The translations under genes and the position numbers were made by a program. The notes beneath the pieces were generated by a model that was not told the DNA's origin, did no database searches, and was given only the letters and a program-made list of their open reading frames with translations. A stretch of 64,000 nt of DNA from a virus (lineage: Duplodnaviria > Caudoviricetes): IMG/VR virus record IMGVR_UViG_2931369376_000001, positions 16,994-80,993 of that record. One strand, 5' to 3'. The number at the start of each line of letters is the position of its first letter. The first letter of the stretch is position 1. Shown here piece by piece: positions 37,726-46,005 of this stretch.

Positions 37726-38034
37726 CAACTACCGTCCGTCGTTGAATCTGTGTGCTATTGGAACTTAGCTTCCTACTTGCTACCTTAGCGAGTGTGGGGC
37801 GCAGTGTGGGATCGGTTTTTTCAGCTCGCTGAGAAACCCTTATGCCACAAGGCCTGGAGGCCAATTGAACCGGGGATACACCATCCCCGTAGCTTTCGTT
37901 AAAATCTGCGCCCCTTTACCCCAATGAAGTACGGACTGGGAAAGCTCCCACAACCCCCTGTCACCTAGTCCGAGAATGGAAGCTGCAAGCAATGCGAACC
38001 CAAGCCGTTACACCCTGCAAAAAGGTCGAAAACT

Positions 38035-39246
38035 ATGTCGCTCAATCAAAAAGTTATCGAGAAGATAACAGTCCCAGGCGTCTATTCCGATAAGAACGGA
38101 TTGAGCCTGAAGGTCAGACCCACGGGCACCAAGTCGTGGATCCTGCGCTATCAATTCAACGGTAAACGCCATGACATTGGCCTGGGCTCGTTCCCGGAGA
38201 TCAGTCTGGCCGACGCACGCAAAAGCACGATGGAATATCGTGTACTAATCAACAAAGGGATTGATCCTCTGGAACAACGCAAGGAAGCGTTCAGCGCCGC
38301 GGTTACCGTTGAAGATGAGGCATTGGCCTACATTGAGCGACATAGAGCAGGGTGGTCGGACAAGCACGGTACACAGTGGCTTAACTCCCTCACTGAGTAC
38401 GTGTTTCCTGTGATCGGCACCATGCCGATCGGGTCCGTAGAAACCCCCGACATCATGAAGGTGCTCGATCCTATCTGGCATGAAAAGCCGGAGACAGCTC
38501 GGCGCGTGCGCAACCGCCTGGAGCGGGTTTTTGACCACGCGAAAGCCCACGGGCACCGCCAGGGCGAAAACCCGGCGCGCTGGAAAGGCCACCTGCAGAA
38601 CCTCATGCCGAACAACCAGAACAGCGTCACGCAGTTGGACAGCATGGAGTTCACCCGCATCCCGTACTTCATGTACATGCTCGATGGCGAGGACTCCCGG
38701 ACCGCACGCTGCTTGCAGTTCCTGATCCTGACGGCCTGCCGCACCAGTGAAGCCCTGGGAGCGAAGTGGGAAGAGATCGACATGATCAATCGCGTGTGGA
38801 CGATTCCCGCCACGCGCATGAAAAACAAGGTCGAACACCAGGTCCCGCTGAGCGAAGAGGCAATCCAGGTGCTGAGGGACACTGGATCGCGCGGGAGAAG
38901 CGATTATGTGTTCCACGGCCCACGCTCGACGACAATGCTCCCGGATAACTCCCTGCGCCGCCTCTTGCGCAAGATGGGTGAAAAGCACTGCACCCCACAT
39001 GGGTTCCGGGCAACGTTCCGCACCTGGGCCAACGAGAAAACCGCCTTTTCGTATGAGCTGTGTGAAATCGCGCTGGCTCACGTCGTGGGTAACGTGACCT
39101 CCCGGGCCTATGTCCGAGGTAACCAGTTGGAAAAACGTCGGCCTTTGATGGCCAAGTGGTCGAAGTTTGTGATGGAACGGGTAACCCCGCATCACCCAGT
39201 CATGGCGAAACAGGCTGTACCTGAGCAGACCCTGACGTTCCTGTAA
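38035..39246 (+). CDS. int: Tyrosine integrase, P4-like with arm-binding domain
   Basis: GLSLKVRPTGTKSWILRYQ..GLGSFPEISLADAR; ILTACRTSE (R), HGFR (HxxR), LAHVVG..AY (H, Y). Confidence 0.92.
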   Translation: MSLNQKVIEKITVPGVYSDKNGLSLKVRPTGTKSWILRYQFNGKRHDIGLGSFPEISLADARKSTMEYRVLINKGIDPLEQRKEAFSAAVTVEDEALAYIERHRAGWSDKHGTQWLNSLTEYVFPVIGTMPIGSVETPDIMKVLDPIWHEKPETARRVRNRLERVFDHAKAHGHRQGENPARWKGHLQNLMPNNQNSVTQLDSMEFTRIPYFMYMLDGEDSRTARCLQFLILTACRTSEALGAKWEEIDMINRVWTIPATRMKNKVEHQVPLSEEAIQVLRDTGSRGRSDYVFHGPRSTTMLPDNSLRRLLRKMGEKHCTPHGFRATFRTWANEKTAFSYELCEIALAHVVGNVTSRAYVRGNQLEKRRPLMAKWSKFVMERVTPHHPVMAKQAVPEQTLTFL

Positions 39247-39378
39247 CCTGGTTGAAGCTTTACCGGTGGGCGCCCTCGCCCACCGGGCTTTCCCCTAGAC
39301 CCCGCTCCATTCCCTCATGCCAAACCATAAAAATACCCGTTTTTGGGCGTTTTACTGGCATTTTGCCACCTAAAAAAC

Positions 39379-39390
39379 TATCCCCGGACA
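39379..39390 (-). promoter_or_regulatory. Operator motif TGTCCGGGGATA
   Basis: Exact copy between the int and o-spanin gene ends. Confidence 0.55.
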
Positions 39391-39417
39391 AGTTTTGTCA
39401 TGAACTGACGTTTTGCG

Positions 39418-39732
39418 TCACTTACCGGCCCCCACTGCGAGTGGCAGCGCCTTTTGCTTCTGAGTTTCCTGCTCAGCGGCCTGCTTCTTGATGCAGTCGA
39501 TAACCTGGGTAGCGCATTCCGTCAGCGCGCCTTCTACTTCATCAAGCGCTCGATACGGATCCTCATTGAGCTTCAGCGCTGGTCGGCCCGGCAGGCGACA
39601 CGGCACCAGGCTCAGGCAGACCGGTGGAGCCTGCTCGATAAGCAACGGGGTCGGTGGTTTCTGGTCGTGCGTAGCGCACCCCGAGATCAACAGGGACAGG
39701 CTGGCGCAGGTAATCAGCAATAGCTTTGTCAT
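39418..39732 (-). CDS. o-spanin (Rz1-like lipoprotein)
   Basis: Lipobox LISG-C, Pro-rich, overlaps the i-spanin gene. Confidence 0.85.
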   Translation of the reverse strand: MTKLLLITCASLSLLISGCATHDQKPPTPLLIEQAPPVCLSLVPCRLPGRPALKLNEDPYRALDEVEGALTECATQVIDCIKKQAAEQETQKQKALPLAVGAGK

Positions 39733-40018
39733 TGCGTTTCAACTCATCAAAGTTGCGGTTGATTTGGGCCGACTGGGTGGCCAAGGTACTGTTCATCTGC
39801 CTGGTCGCCTTGCCAACCTCGGCCAGCTGCTCTTGCAATGCCGTGCGATCGGCCAGGGCCTGTGTCAGCGTTGCGGCGTTGGCCGCCAGCGTGTCGACGT
39901 CTCCCTTCAGACTTTCCACCTGCTGCTGAGCGGCGTCGGCGCTCTGCCGGTAATGGTCCGCGGCCCACAATGCCAGGACCGCCAGAATTGCCCCGGCAAA
40001 CCATCCATATGCGTTCAT
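39563..40018 (-). CDS. i-spanin (Rz-like)
   Basis: N-terminal TM segment followed by coiled coil. Confidence 0.85.
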   Translation of the reverse strand: MNAYGWFAGAILAVLALWAADHYRQSADAAQQQVESLKGDVDTLAANAATLTQALADRTALQEQLAEVGKATRQMNSTLATQSAQINRNFDELKRNDKAIADYLRQPVPVDLGVRYARPETTDPVAYRAGSTGLPEPGAVSPAGPTSAEAQ

Positions 40019-40045
40019 TCCTACCTCCCGCGCCTCAGCGCACAG

Positions 40046-40366
40046 TTATGCCTTGTCGGGCTCATCCTGAGCTTGCAGCTCCTTACGGGGACGCTCCACC
40101 GCCTTGCCGGCGACGTAGCCTGTAGTGACGGCCCCCAGCACCAGCCCGGAAATAACCTCCAGGGAGCCGGCGATGATCCTCACCAGCTCGACGGCCTGGG
40201 GACTGCCGTGCGCCATCCACACCACGCCCCCCATCACACCGCCGAACAGGCCGATGATTGCCGACAGCACAGTCACGCACAGCGCAAAACCGAAGCGCTT
40301 TACTGACGGCCTGCCGGTGGTGCCCTCTTCGACGAAACGCCCCATCCAACGCAGGAAATTGTTCAT
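40046..40366 (-). CDS. Holin-like 2-TM protein
   Basis: Two TM helices, located between endolysin and spanins. Confidence 0.65.
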   Translation of the reverse strand: MNNFLRWMGRFVEEGTTGRPSVKRFGFALCVTVLSAIIGLFGGVMGGVVWMAHGSPQAVELVRIIAGSLEVISGLVLGAVTTGYVAGKAVERPRKELQAQDEPDKA

Positions 40367-41085
40367 GTCTGCATCGCCTTCTGCGCCCGCACCAGGTACG
40401 CCTCGCGCGACTGGGCGCCGATTTGGCCGCCATTGATCTTCTCGGTGATCATCGTGAAGTTACCGACGTCCGCCAGCTCATTGAGGCCGCGCGTCTCCCA
40501 GTACCAGGCCGCAGACAGGGCGGCACCTTCAGGCAGCCGCAGATAATCGGGCACCAGCGCCAGCTCCAGCCCGATGGCCTTACCGAACTCCAGGTGGTTG
40601 GCTTTGAACGTCAGCTGCTTCAACCCAGCACCCCGGTACCGCCAACCATCACCACTTTCCTCCGGGCCATTGCCGAACCGGTTGGCGTAGACGTTATTGG
40701 CGATCGCTTCCGGGTTTCGTTCCAGCTTCAGGGCCTGGGCGTTTGGTTTGTTGCGTGGCCTGCCGTTTACCAGAGTCTTGACGTAGCCACCCTTCCCATC
40801 CGGAACGGCGAAACGCTTGGGCCAGGTGTTGGCCAACCCGTCGGCGCTGTAGTTCAAGCCCTCCGTAACCCGGGTGAAGTCACCCGACTCATGTGCCACC
40901 TGGGCCAGAAATGCCGTGATGCGCGGGTAGGTGTTGATCCTCCGCAACTGCATCGCGGCATTCAGGGGTTCGACGTACTGGGCGCATGCCTCGCGCCCTT
41001 TCTGCGTGATGCAGACTGCTTGCAGCTGCGCCAGTGTCACCAGTTCATTACCGGCCATTGCCACGCTCCCGCTCCAGTTGTTCAA
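40363..41085 (-). CDS. GH19 endolysin
   Basis: FLAQVAHESG, EGLNYSA, GDGWRYRGAGLKQLT, ITEKINGG. Confidence 0.9.
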   Translation of the reverse strand: MNNWSGSVAMAGNELVTLAQLQAVCITQKGREACAQYVEPLNAAMQLRRINTYPRITAFLAQVAHESGDFTRVTEGLNYSADGLANTWPKRFAVPDGKGGYVKTLVNGRPRNKPNAQALKLERNPEAIANNVYANRFGNGPEESGDGWRYRGAGLKQLTFKANHLEFGKAIGLELALVPDYLRLPEGAALSAAWYWETRGLNELADVGNFTMITEKINGGQIGAQSREAYLVRAQKAMQT

Positions 41086-41362
41086 CCTTGAAGCCGAGGC
41101 GAGCTACCAGCTGCTCCAGCGTTTCGTTTTTGCCTTCCAGCCGGCCAACCCGCTGCGTCAACGCGACGACATCACGGTCTTGTAGGGCCTGCTTGGCGGC
41201 GATATCTGCGATGGACTTCACCACCCCATCCAGCTTGTTGCTGAACGACGTCACTGAAGTGATGATGTTGCTGCCTAACCAGATGATGAAGGCGGTGAAC
41301 AGCACCTGAGAGCAGCCCATCACCCACTTCACCACCGGGTTTTCCCAAACCTGAGAGGTCAT
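41048..41362 (-). CDS. Single-TM coiled-coil lysis protein (holin/antiholin-like)
   Basis: One TM segment, first gene of the lysis operon. Confidence 0.55.
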   Translation of the reverse strand: MTSQVWENPVVKWVMGCSQVLFTAFIIWLGSNIITSVTSFSNKLDGVVKSIADIAAKQALQDRDVVALTQRVGRLEGKNETLEQLVARLGFKVEQLERERGNGR

Positions 41363-41439
41363 ATCCGGATCCCATTCCCCATAAGCACATGGCCATCATT
41401 TTCCGATGGCCATGCGGGGTTTCAGGTGGGAGGTTTGCG

Positions 41440-41691
41440 CTATCGGCGCCGGCGGCCACCCAACACGCCGCCCAGCATGTTTAGGCCCTTGATGATGTTG
41501 TTGATGCCGCCGATGACCGCTGATAAGCCTTTGTTGTGGTTTTCCTGGCTTTTCTTCCAGTTCTGATAACTTGGGCATTCAAACAAGGCGATGACCTCGC
41601 TCTGGCTGAGCCGGCCCGCGGTGATCAGGTCCTGATTGAAGTACAGCGCCAGGTCAGCCTTGGTGTTCGTCATCTGCTTCCAGTAATTCAC
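41440..41691 (-). CDS. Small tail assembly protein
   Basis: Overlaps the upstream ORF by 38 nt. Confidence 0.5.
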   Translation of the reverse strand: MNYWKQMTNTKADLALYFNQDLITAGRLSQSEVIALFECPSYQNWKKSQENHNKGLSAVIGGINNIIKGLNMLGGVLGGRRRR

Positions 41692-42454
41692 ACGCCCTTC
41701 TGCTGATTCCGGAACGGGGGTGAAATCGGGCAGGACCCAGCTCGGGCACCCCCTTCACGCCGTCGACGTCAGGTGTCGGCTCAGTTACCTGGGCCGCCAG
41801 GACGCCCTGGGCGTTGAATACGGCGTGCACGAAATGCTGAAGCCGCTGCGAGGCCTCCAGGTACGAATCAAAAAGCTGCATGAACTCCGTCTCTGGCGCG
41901 CTGCGCAGCACCTCGATACGGGCCTTCAGCGCTTTCCCATAGGACACGGGGTTGTCGTATTCCAGGGGAGCTTCGTCCACGCCACGGATACACGCAGACA
42001 TTACGGCGAGTTGCCAACTGAAGTAAGTTTTCGGCAGTGCCCCCGTCTCAACCAGCGTTTCAATAGCTTCAGCCTGGTAGCCGTGCAACGGGGTGCAGAG
42101 GTGGGGAACGCCGCCATGGTCAAACTCGACGGACTCCACATAATCGGTGTTGGCCAGCAGGTAGTCGTGCAGATGCCCTTCGCCCAGCTTGAAGTCGGGG
42201 CCATCCTCGAGCATGGCCGCCAGGTAAAAGATGACGACGTTCATGCGCTCGTTTACCGACCAAAACAGGGGATCGGTCACCGAAAGTTTGCCCGCCGGGC
42301 GGGGAATTTGCTCGCACACCGCATTGAGAAAGGCAGTGATTGTGCGCTGCGCAAAGCGGTAAGGGATGGCACACAGATCCTGTATCTGCCCGATCGACAG
42401 TTCACGAGGTTGCACCGAAATACGCAGCGTGTGAACGGGTTGGATCGCCTTCAT
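41654..42454 (-). CDS. Putative tail assembly chaperone
   Basis: ATGA-coupled within the tail operon. Confidence 0.55.
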   Translation of the reverse strand: MKAIQPVHTLRISVQPRELSIGQIQDLCAIPYRFAQRTITAFLNAVCEQIPRPAGKLSVTDPLFWSVNERMNVVIFYLAAMLEDGPDFKLGEGHLHDYLLANTDYVESVEFDHGGVPHLCTPLHGYQAEAIETLVETGALPKTYFSWQLAVMSACIRGVDEAPLEYDNPVSYGKALKARIEVLRSAPETEFMQLFDSYLEASQRLQHFVHAVFNAQGVLAAQVTEPTPDVDGVKGVPELGPARFHPRSGISRRACELLEADDEHQG

Positions 42455-43155
42455 AAAGCCCCAAACGATTCGTACTGAGTGAAAGTCAGGTTCAGTGCCG
42501 AAAACTCTTCGACGCCACGGTTCTGCGCCACTTGGCAGCTCACCGGGACCAGAACCCACGAGTTTGCATACCCCCGGCCTTCTTCAATGGCTCCATGGGT
42601 GATGGTGAAGGTGTTGGCGTAATCGCCAGGCAAGCCAAACGTGCCGTCAGGGTGCGCGTGCTGGCTCTTCAGCTCTTCGAACCAGGTCTTGATCTCACCG
42701 TCGACGTCGTAACACGTCAGGGTCAGCTCTACCGGGTCAGAGCCAGCCGGTACCTGGACGAACCCGGAACCGATTTTTTTCGTCTCATACCCCAGCTGCA
42801 CGCCGTTGTAGCTGAACTCCGTCGCCAGCAAGTTCACCCGCGGCGCGTTGACTTTGCCGATCGGCTCCACGAGCACATGCCACAAATTGGACCGCTCGCG
42901 CATAACCCCCATGGACTCTTCGTACATTGCGTACAAAGTGGCCCAGCTCGTGCCCGCCAACGCTACGTTACCGCCGCCGTACGAGCTGGAGGGGCCCAGG
43001 AAATTGTCCATCAGCCCGTTGGCCGCCGCCGATAGATTCCCGTTGAGCAGGTTCCCGGCAATTTTGGTGAACTTCACCACCGGCGCCGAGGCGCTAAGAG
43101 CCCCCGCCGCCTTGCCCAGCGCCTGGTAGCCGAGACGTTCGAAAATGCTGGCCAT
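42451..43155 (-). CDS. Tube-fold baseplate/tail protein
   Basis: RERSNLWHVLV..NLLATEFSY..ELTLTCYD..IKTWF..PDGTFGLP.DY tube-like pattern. Confidence 0.55.
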   Translation of the reverse strand: MASIFERLGYQALGKAAGALSASAPVVKFTKIAGNLLNGNLSAAANGLMDNFLGPSSSYGGGNVALAGTSWATLYAMYEESMGVMRERSNLWHVLVEPIGKVNAPRVNLLATEFSYNGVQLGYETKKIGSGFVQVPAGSDPVELTLTCYDVDGEIKTWFEELKSQHAHPDGTFGLPGDYANTFTITHGAIEEGRGYANSWVLVPVSCQVAQNRGVEEFSALNLTFTQYESFGAL

Positions 43156-43544
43156 CAGATGCTTATCCAGTCTTCACAGAACGCCAGTTCCGGCAGCCGC
43201 AGCTCGTAGTCCTGGATTGCTGGCTGCACCTCCGCGACGGCTCGCCCAAACAGCTCAGCCCCCTGCGAACGTGACGCCTCCAGCGCCATGCTGTTTTCTT
43301 TCTCCAGGTACAGCAGCCACAGCGGACGAATAAGCGACAGCTCGCCAGCGGTCAGGTCGACGTCCTGTGTCGGGTCGGCCCCGATCAGCGCCTGGGCATT
43401 CACGACCTGGCCGCTTTTCAGATCGGCACAGCCGCAGTACTGCCGCGTGGCATCACGCAGGCTGCGCTCGACCTGTTCACTGGTGAGAACGCAGCCGATC
43501 GGCAATTCGGCCATGTGCTGCGCGGCCAGCTCGCTGATCTTCAT
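43155..43544 (-). CDS. Putative head-tail adaptor
   Basis: Small helical protein in the tail operon. Confidence 0.45.
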   Translation of the reverse strand: MKISELAAQHMAELPIGCVLTSEQVERSLRDATRQYCGCADLKSGQVVNAQALIGADPTQDVDLTAGELSLIRPLWLLYLEKENSMALEASRSQGAELFGRAVAEVQPAIQDYELRLPELAFCEDWISI

Positions 43545-43553
43545 GCTGGCCCC

Positions 43554-44024
43554 TTACTTGTTGGCGAACCAATGGAAGTGCAGGGTTCCCGCGAACAGCA
43601 GCGGCGTATCATTTTCCCAGTCGCGGTCTGGCGTATCCATGACCAGGAACGCGCCCTTGATGTCTTCGCTGTACGTCGAGTCTTCTGGACGACCGGCATA
43701 GGCCGTGGCGTCGAACACCGCGCCGGACTCGATCATCTTGACGAACTCCTTGCCAACGGTACCCGCAACAACTTCGTAGAACGCCACCGGGCCTTCGAAC
43801 TTGGTCTTGTTGTTCTGTGGCTGCGCCATCGCCTGGCCATTCGGGCCGAAGAACTCCATGGCGTCCTTCACGGTCGCGACGGGCCAAGGAAACTGTTTAC
43901 ACAACAGCTGGATGCCCTCCATGCCGTTAATAACCAGCACCGCATCGGCGGTAGAGGCCTTGCGCCCCAGGTCGTTGATGTTCTGGAAGGTGCTGGAAAG
44001 CACCTGATGTGTATTGACCGTCAT
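43554..44024 (-). CDS. Tail tube protein (P1 BplB/Tub-like)
   Basis: QFPWP..E.FGPNG..QP..EG.V.FYE..G pattern. Confidence 0.7.
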   Translation of the reverse strand: MTVNTHQVLSSTFQNINDLGRKASTADAVLVINGMEGIQLLCKQFPWPVATVKDAMEFFGPNGQAMAQPQNNKTKFEGPVAFYEVVAGTVGKEFVKMIESGAVFDATAYAGRPEDSTYSEDIKGAFLVMDTPDRDWENDTPLLFAGTLHFHWFANK

Positions 44025-44066
44025 CGGGACACCCCTGAGTGTGTGTATTCAGGGTAATGATCGGAC

Positions 44067-44097
44067 ATAAAAAACCCCGCTCAATGACGGGGTTTGC
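44067..44097 (-). terminator. Terminator overlapping a late-promoter motif
   Basis: CCCCG/CGGGG stem followed by U6, preceded by AAACCATGCAAA. Confidence 0.7.
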
Positions 44098-44112
44098 ATG
44101 GTTTGATGGCCG

Positions 44113-45273
44113 TTATCTGGTGAAGAAGCGCTTGATGTCAGGACGATCCAGGGCGGTGAGCGTGGCCATACTGAGCTGAACCGTCAGGGCAATGAAATTG
44201 CCCCTCGAATCCTTGGGCCCGTGCAACGGGTAGCTGATCGTCTCAAGCACCATGGGTGAGTAGGTCTGCCCTGCATAGGTCAGCCCCAGCAGCTTCGGTG
44301 CGAACGATGGAAATAGCGCCTTGATGAAGCTGTCCACGTCACGCGAAGTCTGCAACACCTCCGACAAAATGCCCTCTTCTGCCAGCTCTTGTGGGAACAC
44401 CCACTCCAGCAGCCGCTGAAGCGGCGCCATCACTTCCCTGGCCGCATCCGTGGTCGCGCGAAACTCCATGCTGAAGTTGATCCGTGTCGGCGGCGCCCCA
44501 CTGAACACCTGGCGCGAATTCAGCTTGGTCATGCCTGTACGACCTTCCAGCTCTTTCACCGCCGCTTTGAGCTTGTCGGCGCCGGCGTCTAGCATCCCAC
44601 CAACCTTGCCGTTGGGGTCCGGGTTTACCGCCTGCAAGGCATTGAGCACAGGCACCAACGACCCGCTTTGAATCATCGCCGTGAGCGCGGGCGCCTTTGT
44701 TTCCGGCCCCATGTTTTCAAAGGGACTCTGCCAGTTGAAGGTCGCTTCGAACGAGCCCTCTTCCAGCGCGCCATAGACGCCTTCGTATTCCCGGATATCC
44801 GCCACGCCTTTGGCGTCGCACACGAACACACGCGCCAGCAGAAGCGGCGACAGGTTCCCCCAGTCGCTACCCAGGTCATTGCTGGCCGCCCGCATCCCCA
44901 ACAACGAGTCGATGGCGCCCCCCATTGCTAAACCAGCAGTATCACCATCGAGCAAGGCCGACACGGACCCACTGATCTTGTCACCGACTGCCGAAAAGGT
45001 AGTTTCACCATTCCAAAGCGCCGAAACGGTACCGGTGACCGACTGGGCACCGCTCTTGAGCAGGTTCAGGTTTTCCTTACCACCGACAAACCCGGCAAGC
45101 GTGTTTTCCGCCTGCTTGGCAGCGCCGGTGATAAGCCCTTCCCCTATGCGCCCGGTAGCGGTGGCAGCTGACCCCAGCAGCTTGTTCGACGTGCTCCCCG
45201 CCAGGGTGCCGGTGACACCCTTCAGGGAGCTGGAAGCGTATGCCGCTGCCTTGTCGATACTGAAGTCAGCCAC
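44113..45273 (-). CDS. Baseplate-tube junction protein (T4 gp48-like)
   Basis: NWQSPFE..KLNSRQVFSGAPP.RI.F...F..P..L.LTY.G.TY.PMVLE.ISYP. Confidence 0.6.
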   Translation of the reverse strand: MADFSIDKAAAYASSSLKGVTGTLAGSTSNKLLGSAATATGRIGEGLITGAAKQAENTLAGFVGGKENLNLLKSGAQSVTGTVSALWNGETTFSAVGDKISGSVSALLDGDTAGLAMGGAIDSLLGMRAASNDLGSDWGNLSPLLLARVFVCDAKGVADIREYEGVYGALEEGSFEATFNWQSPFENMGPETKAPALTAMIQSGSLVPVLNALQAVNPDPNGKVGGMLDAGADKLKAAVKELEGRTGMTKLNSRQVFSGAPPTRINFSMEFRATTDAAREVMAPLQRLLEWVFPQELAEEGILSEVLQTSRDVDSFIKALFPSFAPKLLGLTYAGQTYSPMVLETISYPLHGPKDSRGNFIALTVQLSMATLTALDRPDIKRFFTR

Positions 45274-45276
45274 GGC

Positions 45277-46005
45277 TTACAGGCCCATTTTCCGGCGCAG
45301 ACGCATGGACTTGGCGCGGCGGATCTTCGCGGCGCCGCTGAAGGCCTTGCGCTGCATCTTGCGTACCGCGGCCTTCTGCGCGGCGTTGAGCCGGATGGTG
45401 CCTGCAATGCGCTTGTTGATGCGCACCTTCTTGCCACCGCGAACGACGATCTTCTTGCGGTAGGTTGCATCCAGCATGTCGTCGTCGCCGCCGTCAACAA
45501 AGCGACCGGCATCGTCCAGCATGGCTTCTTCGCCGTCGGGAAGCTTGTCCAGCAGCGCTTCATGCACGCGCTCGGCCACATCGTTGTCGAAGGACGCATC
45601 GCCGATCAGTGCGTCGATATCGTCCTCAGGAATGCCCTTGTCCTCCAGGTAGTCGCCCACCACCTCCGCGACCATGCCCGCATATTCAACTTCGTCTTCG
45701 GTCAGGTCATTTTCGCTGTGAGCCGCGGTGCCCACGACCAGCGCCAGGAGCCGGTCGCCGTAGCCCTCACCCTCGGCCAAGTCATCGGTCTGCGCCCACT
45801 CGGCGATCACCCGGGTAGCATCCAGGCGCACGTCCTCGGTGTACACGACGTCTGGCACTTCCTCGGCGCCCTTGTTGTCGTTGTTTTCGGTGTTGGCGTT
45901 GTCGAGCATGTTGCCCGCATCGTTTTCGGTGCTGCCAGCAGCGGCCTTTTGCACGGCCAGCGCAACGGCAGAAGCGTTTTTCATGATGTCGCTGATCATG
46001 TTCAT
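45277..46005 (-). CDS. Prohead core protein (T4 gp68-like basic tail)
   Basis: Acidic body with MLD motifs and C-terminal VRGGKKV..LNAAQKAAVRKMQRKA..AKIRRAKSMRLRRKMGL. Confidence 0.6.
   Translation of the reverse strand: MNMISDIMKNASAVALAVQKAAAGSTENDAGNMLDNANTENNDNKGAEEVPDVVYTEDVRLDATRVIAEWAQTDDLAEGEGYGDRLLALVVGTAAHSENDLTEDEVEYAGMVAEVVGDYLEDKGIPEDDIDALIGDASFDNDVAERVHEALLDKLPDGEEAMLDDAGRFVDGGDDDMLDATYRKKIVVRGGKKVRINKRIAGTIRLNAAQKAAVRKMQRKAFSGAAKIRRAKSMRLRRKMGL

Noticed and set aside
41654-41691. Programmed frameshift joining the tail chaperone ORFs (lambda G/GT-like)
   Set aside because: The 38-nt overlap is in the +1 frame, there is no canonical X XXY YYZ slippery site, and the downstream ORF has its own start.
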